IMG/VR virus record: IMGVR_UViG_3300020457_000007
Coordinates: 1 to 64,000 of that record
Direction: 5' to 3' (one strand)
Origin: a virus
Taxonomy: Duplodnaviria; Caudoviricetes
Length of the DNA stretch: 64,000 nt
Shown here: positions 26,069 to 35,382 of the stretch, piece after piece
Position numbering within the stretch: the stretch's first letter is position 1
How the letters are laid out: the number at the start of each line of letters is the position of its first letter
Notes under the pieces: model-generated
What the model was told of the DNA's origin: nothing
Databases searched by the model: none
The model's input: only the letters and a program-made list of their open reading frames with translations
Translations under genes and position numbers: made by a program

Positions 26069-26468
26069 CGGTAGTTTCCTCTACTTTTTTTAACATTTTT
26101 GCTAGTTCAGCAGTGCTACCAACAAACATAGTGTTGTTGACAGTAGACGGACCTTTTGATGGCCCTTCTTCTTTGACTTCTTTAGTCTCTTTTTGTAACT
26201 TCATCAACTTGTCAGTTGTATCCGCTACGTTCTTAATCATCAAGGCTGCTACTTCATATGCTCTCGGATGATCCGATGATGCTGCAACATCAAGAATACC
26301 GTTAAGTGCTTCTTGACCTTTATCGATTAGATTATATAGCTGACCACGTGTGTATTCGTAGTCTTGAGTGACATCTTCTTTCACTTCACGTTGAGGTTTT
26401 GCAATAACGTCTACCGTCTCCTCAGGGAGATTTAAGATGTCTTGCATATTATCATCTAGTTTGCTCAT
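26061..26468 (-). CDS. gp16: Terminase small subunit
   Basis: DYEYTRGQLYNLIDKGQEA, HPRAYEV, NNTMFVGSTAELAKML. Confidence 0.93.
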   Translation of the reverse strand: MSKLDDNMQDILNLPEETVDVIAKPQREVKEDVTQDYEYTRGQLYNLIDKGQEALNGILDVAASSDHPRAYEVAALMIKNVADTTDKLMKLQKETKEVKEEGPSKGPSTVNNTMFVGSTAELAKMLKKVEETTDG

Positions 26469-27259
26469 AACATTTCAAATCCTTCGTTGAAACCGAAGTT
26501 GTCATCTGGTTGTACAAGAGCATCATCTAATGCATCGATGTTACCATCAGCATTCTTATCCTCCAGTGCCTTAGGAGTATAAGTGAGTCTTGTATCCTTA
26601 CGTCTAGATGTATCACCCAACGTACCAATTTCTGCAATAGACTTCTTGATAACACCAATATTGGTAACAGGACCATAGAGGTATGTCTTGACAGTAAACT
26701 GCATACGATACTCTAAGTAACGACGGTTAAGAAAACTACCGTCATAGGTATCAGTATAATCAACACTGTTGAGAACAACTGGACAATCCTTTATCTCATC
26801 CATATCAGGAATCATCTTGATGGGAAGGTTAAAGGATGGTTGGAAGTAAGGTAAGATCTGTTCTAAGATACCAAGACCATCGTCTTGTGACTTAGCTAGT
26901 ATACCTAATTCAAAACCTATATTGTAAGGTACTGGCATATACTGTGAACGTACGCCACCAGTAGCGTCGTCTGTCTTCTTATAGACAGAAACAGGACTAG
27001 TCTTCCTTTGAGGATCATAGCTATAACTATTCATCTCAAAGTATATTCTTGGCAGAGTGATCTGCACTTGCTTATTGATATCACTTAGATCTTCTAGTCT
27101 TGCGAGAAACTTATCTCTAGGACCATAAGCTAAGGGTACCTTTTCACGCACTTGCTCAACACCATTCTCATCGAAGTCACGTAGTTCGATATTATTAAAA
27201 ATAGTACCGAATGCTATGACAGTTCTACGAATAGTACCGTTATAAAAATACTGCAACAT
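26465..27259 (-). CDS. gp15: Tail sheath stabilizer / completion protein
   Basis: YFYNGTIRRTVIAFGTIFN, VPLAYGP, EQILPYFQP, KTYLYGP. Confidence 0.96.
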   Translation of the reverse strand: MLQYFYNGTIRRTVIAFGTIFNNIELRDFDENGVEQVREKVPLAYGPRDKFLARLEDLSDINKQVQITLPRIYFEMNSYSYDPQRKTSPVSVYKKTDDATGGVRSQYMPVPYNIGFELGILAKSQDDGLGILEQILPYFQPSFNLPIKMIPDMDEIKDCPVVLNSVDYTDTYDGSFLNRRYLEYRMQFTVKTYLYGPVTNIGVIKKSIAEIGTLGDTSRRKDTRLTYTPKALEDKNADGNIDALDDALVQPDDNFGFNEGFEML

Positions 27260-28122
27260 TAGAAGCTACCTGTCTTATTTCCAATTTCGCCAAATGGATT
27301 TCTTTCAGAGAAGTCAAGGACATCATCTGCTTTGAATTCTATTACGGCGTTATCATCGTATTGAACACTCTCGACCGTGATCGTAGTGAATGACTGGATC
27401 TCTCCAGTTCCATTTGGACCTGTGACTGTTTCTCCTTCTTGGAAACCACCTGTAGGATAAACTACAACGAGTTTACCTGTAGCAGCATCAAAGGAAACTA
27501 CAGTACCTGCACCACCGCCACTAGAAGTAAAGTCCTCACCCTCTGCAAATGTACCTGTGACATTAGTCAAGGTAATTGGGAAGGTATATGCTTCACGTTC
27601 TAACTGATCGACTGCTGCATCACCAGTATCAAAGATCGTGTTACCACGCTCCATAATCTCTGTGGTGATCGTATAGAAATATACTTTGCCTAGCTGGAAG
27701 AAAGGCATTTCTTTTTCTACAAACTTGATCTCATAGTTATCACCTGTTAAGGGATAATGTATGATATCTCCTTCATTAGGTCTGTCTGGGAGGGATGGAT
27801 TTGCTGCGTCTACTTCTTCCCACCGATTAACTGAAACAATAAATGTTGCTTCATCAGTGACTCGTAGACCAAACTTGGTTGCAAGTTCAGCACCAACACC
27901 ACCGAATCCTTCTACGTTTTGTAGAAGCATTTCCACTGTGTATATAGTTGTAAACTTTGATAAAGTGACATCATTCATCACTTGATCTTGAACCATTATA
28001 CGAGGGATGTACTTGACATCACTACCAAATAGTTTAATCTGTTCGTCAACTAGGTCTTGAATAAGACCTTGTTCACCAGTAGTACCACCGTGTAAGGCAG
28101 GGAAGTAGGTGCTAGTAGGCAT
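27259..28122 (-). CDS. gp14: Neck protein
   Basis: EQIKLFGSDVKYIPR, KFGLRVTDE, RPNEGDII, PFFQLGK, DFSERNPFG. Confidence 0.95.
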   Translation of the reverse strand: MPTSTYFPALHGGTTGEQGLIQDLVDEQIKLFGSDVKYIPRIMVQDQVMNDVTLSKFTTIYTVEMLLQNVEGFGGVGAELATKFGLRVTDEATFIVSVNRWEEVDAANPSLPDRPNEGDIIHYPLTGDNYEIKFVEKEMPFFQLGKVYFYTITTEIMERGNTIFDTGDAAVDQLEREAYTFPITLTNVTGTFAEGEDFTSSGGGAGTVVSFDAATGKLVVVYPTGGFQEGETVTGPNGTGEIQSFTTITVESVQYDDNAVIEFKADDVLDFSERNPFGEIGNKTGSF

Positions 28123-28931
28123 TATCCAATAAGGTCAAGGGGTGGAATAGCATAGGTTGAAAGTATTTGACTCTCAATCTTTTCTAGTTCCAGAACTGCC
28201 TCTGAATATATTTTCTCACCGTTGAGGGTGACTCCACCAGGCAATTGAATGTTCTGATACTTAGTTAAGTTGATACCCCATTGCTTCTTAATAAGAGCAG
28301 TGAGATACTTCTTCATAAAGGGATCATTGTTCATATCAGTATATGTTGTAGGATCTAATGCCCTATAACATTCGATGATAACGAACTCGCCTTCTTTCAT
28401 ATCCTCAGCAGCAGTGTCGAGATAAAGTCTGTCTTGTCTCTGGTTGAATCTGAACTGAATAAATGTTCCATTATTCAATACAAAATCAAGAGTCTCAAGA
28501 TAGCTCTTGGTCATATAGTAGTTAAGAATATCAACTGCACCAAAATGATATAAGTCATTAAGGAAGATCTGATACTCAATACCAAATAGGTTTCCTCTTA
28601 TACCACTAGACTTGATACCAAATATACGACTAATACCATATACGTGTTCAGGAACTAGGATATAATTATCTCTTTCTGTCCACTCGGTTGAACTACCAGC
28701 TACCGTAGTAGTCTGGTTCTGAGTTTTAAAGCGTGTAACATCAGCAGCAGTAACCTCGTGCTTAAGAAGCATCTTCTCAGCACCGTTGTAAGTCCACTCA
28801 GAGAACTTCTGGAAAGCGTCATCCGTCAGATCATCTATCTGCTCTTGAGCTACGTTAATTTGCAGTACAGGTTCCCCTAACTGCCTCTTACAGTATGCTT
28901 GTAATTCTGCTCTCGTACTAGGTTTTGCCAT
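28122..28931 (-). CDS. gp13: Neck protein
   Basis: YCKRQLGEPVLQINV, KKQWGINLTKY, LPGGVTLNG; CTAAATA at 28955-28961 upstream. Confidence 0.96.
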   Translation of the reverse strand: MAKPSTRAELQAYCKRQLGEPVLQINVAQEQIDDLTDDAFQKFSEWTYNGAEKMLLKHEVTAADVTRFKTQNQTTTVAGSSTEWTERDNYILVPEHVYGISRIFGIKSSGIRGNLFGIEYQIFLNDLYHFGAVDILNYYMTKSYLETLDFVLNNGTFIQFRFNQRQDRLYLDTAAEDMKEGEFVIIECYRALDPTTYTDMNNDPFMKKYLTALIKKQWGINLTKYQNIQLPGGVTLNGEKIYSEAVLELEKIESQILSTYAIPPLDLIG

Positions 28932-28957
28932 TACACAATATTACCCTTCCTTTCTAT

Positions 28958-29392
28958 TTAGACAGATATGAAATGTCGCTTTAATACACTAAAAGGTATG
29001 AAGTAAAATTGACCTTCTGTTAGACCCATAGAAATCATCTTGGCCATACGATGCTTACCATCTAAGAGTCTGTACTTGTCGTTATATGGATTTGATATAT
29101 CTGATATAATTCCTGGGTACAATTCAGGATCCTTACGTGCCCCAAAGCAACAAGGGCAATTATCAAAGGACTGGTGAGGATATAGATGCTTTCCTTTCCA
29201 AGCAATGTCCTCAAATTGAACTGTGATTAAATTCTCATCTATTAGATATGGTAAACAAGATTCTATAGGTATGTCAACAGCAGAAAAAGGGAACTCCTTA
29301 CGGAATCCCCAATCTCCAAATGATCTTACCTCGTATGCAGTCTTCTTATACCAAGGGTGGTGATACCACTTAGCTTTCGTTGAGGAGTTCAC
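28958..29392 (-). CDS. ParB/sulfiredoxin-like domain protein
   Basis: YPGII...KYRLLDGKHRMAK (DGxHR) preceded by CPCC. Confidence 0.65.
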   Translation of the reverse strand: MNSSTKAKWYHHPWYKKTAYEVRSFGDWGFRKEFPFSAVDIPIESCLPYLIDENLITVQFEDIAWKGKHLYPHQSFDNCPCCFGARKDPELYPGIISDISNPYNDKYRLLDGKHRMAKMISMGLTEGQFYFIPFSVLKRHFISV

Positions 29393-29594
29393 GCTCTGGT
29401 GCCTCTTCCTCAGTTGTAGATACAGGTGCAGATTGATCTTGTAGAATGTTTAGACCCTCTACAGCACCTTGAAGTTTGAGGTATCGTTCTTTTGCAACGG
29501 ATAGTTTTTGTTCATACTCAGAGATCTCCTTCATAAGATCTTTCATTTGAGTCGAGAAGTTTAGAATTAATTCTGAAGTTTTGTCAGTAGTCAT
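29370..29594 (-). CDS. Small coiled-coil hypothetical protein
   Basis: Heptad pattern, KLQGAVEGL; ATG 29594 preferred over the ORF track start. Confidence 0.75.
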   Translation of the reverse strand: MTTDKTSELILNFSTQMKDLMKEISEYEQKLSVAKERYLKLQGAVEGLNILQDQSAPVSTTEEEAPERELLNES

Positions 29595-29611
29595 TTTTAT
29601 TGGTTGAAAAT

Positions 29612-29637
29612 AAAAAGGAGGGTTGTTATAACCCTCC
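29612..29637 (-). terminator. Rho-independent terminator after the 1792-aa gene
   Basis: GGAGGGTT-N5-AACCCTCC stem followed by TTTTT. Confidence 0.75.
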
Positions 29638-29669
29638 AATTATATGCGATATTTATCGAAGTGTCAAGG

Positions 29670-32600
29670 TTATGCCTGTGACTCACTCCAAGAAATACGT
29701 CCTGTAACTGTGAATGGGTTGGAGTTATCAACACCCGTCAAGTCAACAGGTTCTGCGGTAACCGTTAGTAGGTCAGGTCCGTTCGGGAAGATACCGTCAC
29801 CACCAAGGATGGAGTTACCCATCTCAATGATAGAACTAATATCGTAGGAAGTAGCACCTGTACCACGCTTACCTGTGTTGTCAATCTGACCACCTGCTGC
29901 ACGGAAGGAGAAGATCTCAAGTCCACCAGCGTAGGTGTCGTCATTCGTGTGTTTAATCAACTGTGATAGAGATGGAGGTGCCACGTCTAAGTAAGAGTCA
30001 GTTGATAGAGATGGGTTCAGGATTAGTTTTACTTCGCACTCGTGTGTGTTAACAACGTCGAGAGAGTTGAGCTGCAACTGCATTCGGTTGATAATCTCAC
30101 GTTCACCCAAGTTACCAGATAGAGACGAGTCAACAGAAGGTGACAGTCTAATTGATACAAGAGGTATCTGCGAAGGAACGGTGTTGTCAGTACCAGCTGG
30201 TGCACCAACAGCGAACTGTGTGCCGTTTGGAACTGCTGGATTACCAAGAGCATTATTGATAATGCTAACACCTTGGTTGTACTGGAACGTTGTGTTACCG
30301 TTAGTATCGATGTACTGGAAGTCAACCTCTAGGTTACCACCTGAGATTCTTGATCTGTAGATTGCACGACCGTCAACGAACCATCCGTTAGCTGTACTTG
30401 CCTGATACACTGTAGTACCCTGCGTTAGCTTAGATGACTCACCAGTTGGGAAGTAAGTTCTGAGATAGAATCTCATATTACGTGACCAACCTTCTCCGAT
30501 CTGCCACTGCGAGCGAACGATTGATTGAGACTGAGTAGTTGCGTTCTGTGACACTTCGTTGGTGAACTTAAGCAAGTTACCAGACGCTGTGAAGAGGTAC
30601 GCTTTGTCAGAGTCAAATCGACCATCAGTGATGATAGAAGTACCCCAGTGGAACAGACTTGGAATGTATGATGGAATTCCAGTGTTGTGAATCTCGTAAC
30701 GAGCAGGGAGGTTACCTGATCTGAAGTATGCTTCAGTCAAGCGGTTGTTGTGCTTGAATTCGTGTACGTACTTGACGTGACCATTTTGATCTTTGAATCC
30801 AAAGCGAATTTTACCTGCTCCATACCAAGAGTAATCCATATATGCCATCTGGATCTTAGTGATGTCCAGAATGAATCCAGACTTACCAGAACCATCGCAC
30901 TTATCGACGTTCCACTCACCTTGAGGGATCTTGGTATCGATTGTCTTGGTTAGAATAATGTTTGCAGCAGTAATACCCTTGTACTGTGGCTGAATGATCA
31001 AGCTATCGTTGTTAACAACTCGGATAACCTTATGTGACTGTCCACGAATAACGATGTACTCACCAGCTACTATCTGTGATAGGAATGATGTATCAGAACC
31101 TGTTACAACGTTAGAACCCTTACTTACAGATACACGACCTGTTAACTGAGTAGTTGAACTACGACGTACAGCACTCAATACAGCACCATTATACTCGAAG
31201 AACATACCGTTCTGGAAGTCAAACATACCACAACGTACATTAGAGTTAGTCCAGTTGATTACGTGGTATCCAGTAAATCCACCAGCAGCAGACGAGGTTG
31301 GTGCCTGATCTAGGTTATAACTGAATGTGAATGCGTCATAGATGTATGCGATCGGATAGGATCCATTGTAACTGTTATCAGTAGCATCAACGAACTCACA
31401 GTTTGTACCAACCTCAAGGTTGTGTGGGAGTTTCGTTTGTACTGCAACACGGTGTACAACAGTACCATCAACATATGGTACATACCAAGCACGGATAGAA
31501 GGATTCTTCGGTGCGAAGTTGATAGCGAGTGATACCTGTATACCTTTACCTGACTGGTAACGGAAGTATCTACGTGTCTGTCTGACGATCTGTCCATCAG
31601 GTGACTTACTGGTTCCGATATCCATACCACCGTCAAACGGTCTGTGTAGGAAGTATCCATCTGGACGTACATAGATCGAAGTATCGATGAAGTACTCAGT
31701 GTCACCAGCAGAGTTAACAGCACCCGTTGTGAAGGCAGCTGCATCAGCCATTAGGAGTTCAGTGTCATCCTTAATAGCAGAAATGGTTGTTGATACAATT
31801 GTGAATGTACCAGGAGAGTTGTTATTGACATATCTGAATACATCACCAACTTTGAAGTAACGTGTGAATGTAGTATCAGTACCAATTGCGATACGTGAAC
31901 CAGTATTCAATGCGATAGTACCATTACCGATAACCTGTCCATCCATATTGGTGTGGATCAGTTTCTGTGCAGGTGTCTGTGAACCGCCAGTTGTTAATGT
32001 AACGTTAGTACCAGCAACTGCAAGTGCAGCAGATTCTGCCAACTTGATATGGTCTTGGTCAACAACGATAACGAAGTAGTCTCTGTTATCTGTCAATCCA
32101 CCAATGGTTGTACCACCAGCATCTTGATAGATTACACGTTGACCAGTTCTCATAAAGTGATCCTGAATTTGCAGGGTCATATTAGTCGTGTCAACAATAC
32201 CACCTGACGCAATTTCTCTTGCATCAAATGTCTTAGTTGTTGGGACGATTTGGAATGGAACGTCAACAACGAGTTGAGTTTCACTCTTGACGAGAGATAC
32301 GTTGTAAGCACCGTCAGTCGCACCAAAAGCAGCAGTCTGGTTCTCGAAGACCTGAGTACCAGATCCAGCTGATGTGAGGTCTTGCTCACTACCTGGGTAT
32401 GAGAACGAAACGCTGTTGCCAAGTACGAATCTATCATTTGATGCTACACGGATGTAATAAGTTTGGTTAGGTGTTAAGTTACCAATTGAAGTACCAGCAG
32501 TTGTGTAGAATACACGCTCACCGTTAGACAAGTTATGGTTCTGATAGTAAATAGTGTTCTTTGTTGGGTTAACAAAGAGACCAGTCATACCATAGGTACC

Positions 32601-35048
32601 TCTAGCATCTAGTAGTCTGTAAGGTGATGAACCTGTACTTGGTTTAATTCTAAATCTGTTATCATCTACTCTCTCAGCATATACTGTAGCTGGTAGAGAT
32701 AGGTTTGTGATTCCATCGTTGTTGTAATAGTAACGTGGATCGTCACCAGCAGTCTTAGTAATAACGATTTGGTCGTTAGTTACTGCACCGTGGTTCTCAA
32801 CGTAGAAAGTATCGTCATCATTTGAACGATCCTGTACTAACATCAAGTAAGCGTTACCATAGTAATCTTGGTTATGTCCATATACCCAAGAACCGTGTCC
32901 ACGATAGTATCCATTCCACCAGTCATATCCATAACGGAAGTGGAATCCATTACCTGAATCTAGTGAGTAGTTATAACGATATCTGTTTGAACGATAGGTG
33001 TCTCTATCGTACATAGGACCCCAGTTACCATTTGTTAGAGTAGTTGGCTCTTCTGGTAGGTAGTCATTGTAGTTCCAACCTGGGTTGTATCCCCAAACTG
33101 AGTTACCACCATTGTACCAAGGGTTGTTGAATCTTCCGTCGTAGTTAGAGTTGTTTAAGTTACCTGAACCATTGTACTGACGACGGTTCATTGTTAAGAA
33201 GAATGCTCTGTTCCACTGGGAGTTAGAGATACCTCTGTTGCTTGAAATCTGGTTAAAGTCATAGCCTGAATGTGTTGAACCGAAGTTCCAAGCAGACCAT
33301 CTATATCTCCAGTACCAGTCCCACCAAGGTTTCTCATCAGAAACGTATCTATGTACTAGAGCAAAGTTGTGCTTACCATAGTTGTAAGTAGCTGCATTAC
33401 CCTGAAGTGAACTACTATCGTTCGCAAGGTTGATGATACCATTGGAACCTGGGTTACCACCAGAAGAAGCAGAGAAATATGCATTAGAAAGTTTAACTAC
33501 AGCTGTACCACCATCAGCAGATGATGTGGATTCTACACGAGTGTTGTAGATACCGTGACGTTGTAAGTTTTCAATACAATAGTCACCTGGGTTTGGATAG
33601 TAAAGTAAGCAATACCTAGAACGCATATAGTTAGCGTTAGTACCCTTCAAGGTAACTGTATGGTTAGTATAGTCTACATCACCATCATTAACTGTCCAAA
33701 GAGCAGTTGGTTTATGGTCATATGGTTGGAACTGTGACATATCAGGTGTGATAGTCGCAGTGATTGTATCTTCATAGTCAACTACAGGTCTAGAGTCAGC
33801 AGCAGTTGCTGTTGTGTTAGCTACCTGTAGGATCTTAGGAGAAATGGTGTTAACGAAGTACAATGCAGTACCGTTAGCAAAACCATTCTCGAATGAAGTT
33901 GAAAGAACAACTTTAGAAGTTGTTGCAGGTGTGAAGGACATTTCAAATCCAACACCTGTGTTACCAGCCTGTGCATCATATGCATACAGAGTGGCAGGAG
34001 TATTATCTGTTACGTATATACGAACATAGGCACCAGTAGTACCTTCTGTTCCATTTGTGTAAACACCATCAGTATATGCAACACCACCACCGTGGATACC
34101 ATCAGCAGTAGTAGATACTCTGAATGGGTGTCCAATGTTGGAAGCATCGTGTACATTGAAGATGTACATACCGTTCTTATTAACGGTAAAGACTGACGTA
34201 CCAACAACAACGTCATCAAGAGCAAAGTAGTTCTGTCCACCAACAGCTATGACAGTAACATCATATTCAAATGTGTCGGAAAGAATACCCTTATCTGTTT
34301 GAAGACTAATGGCAGAACCTTCGTAGAACAGACCTGGAATAATACTTGTATATGAACCTGCAATGTCAGCACTAATTGCCTGAGTAGCACGTGCCTTATA
34401 TGTAAAGGTAGTTGCACTAGGTACAGACTGAATTAGGTATGAACCTTCAGCAGTTGTAGATGCAAGACCAGATACAACAATAGGAACACCAGATGTAAGA
34501 CTGTGCTCATATAGAGTAGTAACAGTTACAACGTCAGAGTTAGCTGTAACTTCTACAGTCTGAATATAAGGTATTGTTGTGTCAGATGTAGCAGAGTAAG
34601 TAGAAGGAATGTTGTTAACCAACTGTAGAGTTTCCCACTTAGTTGCCTGTGGCCCGTACTCAAAGTCGGTGTCAATCATCGTTTCTGGGTTTGAAACTCT
34701 CATTTTTGACACAGGGTCAATTAGAGTTTCAGACGGTTCAAACGCCATATAGTCTGATTCTACAAAGATCTGTAGCTTATCAGTTCCTGACATTGTACTG
34801 GTATCTGCAGCCAGTGTAATAACAGTTTCTTCAAAGTCCTCATTGTAATCACAACCTGTCTGGTTAGCAGCAGTTTGGAATCCTTTTGTAGGATCTGAGA
34901 AGTTGTATAAAATCTCGTTGTCGGTAACATTAGTAATCAGAAGGATTCTTTCTCCTGATATGTTATCCTTAATTGAAACAGTACCACCCGTTAACGTAAC
35001 GTTATCATACGGTACGAAGGTATAGTCACTGATTAGTTTCTTTGCCAT
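29670..35048 (-). CDS. Large virion structural / tail-fibre-associated protein, 1792 aa
   Basis: DPVSKMRVSNPETMIDTDFEYG, RQTRRYFRYQSGKG, YSWYGAG and LPARYE motifs of cyanophage virion proteins; repeated H(G/N)LxxGxxV beta modules. Confidence 0.85.
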   Translation of the reverse strand: MAKKLISDYTFVPYDNVTLTGGTVSIKDNISGERILLITNVTDNEILYNFSDPTKGFQTAANQTGCDYNEDFEETVITLAADTSTMSGTDKLQIFVESDYMAFEPSETLIDPVSKMRVSNPETMIDTDFEYGPQATKWETLQLVNNIPSTYSATSDTTIPYIQTVEVTANSDVVTVTTLYEHSLTSGVPIVVSGLASTTAEGSYLIQSVPSATTFTYKARATQAISADIAGSYTSIIPGLFYEGSAISLQTDKGILSDTFEYDVTVIAVGGQNYFALDDVVVGTSVFTVNKNGMYIFNVHDASNIGHPFRVSTTADGIHGGGVAYTDGVYTNGTEGTTGAYVRIYVTDNTPATLYAYDAQAGNTGVGFEMSFTPATTSKVVLSTSFENGFANGTALYFVNTISPKILQVANTTATAADSRPVVDYEDTITATITPDMSQFQPYDHKPTALWTVNDGDVDYTNHTVTLKGTNANYMRSRYCLLYYPNPGDYCIENLQRHGIYNTRVESTSSADGGTAVVKLSNAYFSASSGGNPGSNGIINLANDSSSLQGNAATYNYGKHNFALVHRYVSDEKPWWDWYWRYRWSAWNFGSTHSGYDFNQISSNRGISNSQWNRAFFLTMNRRQYNGSGNLNNSNYDGRFNNPWYNGGNSVWGYNPGWNYNDYLPEEPTTLTNGNWGPMYDRDTYRSNRYRYNYSLDSGNGFHFRYGYDWWNGYYRGHGSWVYGHNQDYYGNAYLMLVQDRSNDDDTFYVENHGAVTNDQIVITKTAGDDPRYYYNNDGITNLSLPATVYAERVDDNRFRIKPSTGSSPYRLLDARGTYGMTGLFVNPTKNTIYYQNHNLSNGERVFYTTAGTSIGNLTPNQTYYIRVASNDRFVLGNSVSFSYPGSEQDLTSAGSGTQVFENQTAAFGATDGAYNVSLVKSETQLVVDVPFQIVPTTKTFDAREIASGGIVDTTNMTLQIQDHFMRTGQRVIYQDAGGTTIGGLTDNRDYFVIVVDQDHIKLAESAALAVAGTNVTLTTGGSQTPAQKLIHTNMDGQVIGNGTIALNTGSRIAIGTDTTFTRYFKVGDVFRYVNNNSPGTFTIVSTTISAIKDDTELLMADAAAFTTGAVNSAGDTEYFIDTSIYVRPDGYFLHRPFDGGMDIGTSKSPDGQIVRQTRRYFRYQSGKGIQVSLAINFAPKNPSIRAWYVPYVDGTVVHRVAVQTKLPHNLEVGTNCEFVDATDNSYNGSYPIAYIYDAFTFSYNLDQAPTSSAAGGFTGYHVINWTNSNVRCGMFDFQNGMFFEYNGAVLSAVRRSSTTQLTGRVSVSKGSNVVTGSDTSFLSQIVAGEYIVIRGQSHKVIRVVNNDSLIIQPQYKGITAANIILTKTIDTKIPQGEWNVDKCDGSGKSGFILDITKIQMAYMDYSWYGAGKIRFGFKDQNGHVKYVHEFKHNNRLTEAYFRSGNLPARYEIHNTGIPSYIPSLFHWGTSIITDGRFDSDKAYLFTASGNLLKFTNEVSQNATTQSQSIVRSQWQIGEGWSRNMRFYLRTYFPTGESSKLTQGTTVYQASTANGWFVDGRAIYRSRISGGNLEVDFQYIDTNGNTTFQYNQGVSIINNALGNPAVPNGTQFAVGAPAGTDNTVPSQIPLVSIRLSPSVDSSLSGNLGEREIINRMQLQLNSLDVVNTHECEVKLILNPSLSTDSYLDVAPPSLSQLIKHTNDDTYAGGLEIFSFRAAGGQIDNTGKRGTGATSYDISSIIEMGNSILGGDGIFPNGPDLLTVTAEPVDLTGVDNSNPFTVTGRISWSESQA

Positions 35049-35095
35049 TGGTAGTCCCTTGTTTTATCTTGTGACAATTAAATAATAAAAATCCC

Positions 35096-35323
35096 TCAAC
35101 CGCCTAGGGCAATTGAGAGTGCAGCAATACTAGATGTGATGCCCACACCACCGATCTTTAGGGTCTTAGCAGTACCTGTCAAATTGACATCTCCACCGAT
35201 GTCTAAGTCGCCAACTACGTTTCCTGTAGCGACATTTCTTAAGTTTCTTGATCCATCAAGAACTTCTGTGCCAGCAACGGACAATCCGTTCTTAGCATTA
35301 AAATTTACGTTTGACGTTGCCAT
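35096..35323 (-). CDS. Small fibre connector protein (N-terminal FNAKNGL, C-terminal ALSIALGG)
   Basis: 75-aa ORF after TATAAATA at 35372-35379. Confidence 0.75.
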   Translation of the reverse strand: MATSNVNFNAKNGLSVAGTEVLDGSRNLRNVATGNVVGDLDIGGDVNLTGTAKTLKIGGVGITSSIAALSIALGG

Positions 35324-35371
35324 CGTGGTTCCCTGTCCCCCCGATTGATCGGAATATAGGTTTTCTTCAGT

Positions 35372-35379
35372 TATTTATA
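35372..35379 (-). promoter_or_regulatory. T4 late promoter TATAAATA
   Basis: Exact consensus, intergenic. Confidence 0.75.
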
Positions 35380-35382
35380 CAA

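Noticed and set aside
32845-33340. AAC-rich segment as a possible diversity-generating retroelement template or target
   Set aside because: I saw no second near-identical copy differing at adenines and no reverse transcriptase in the window.
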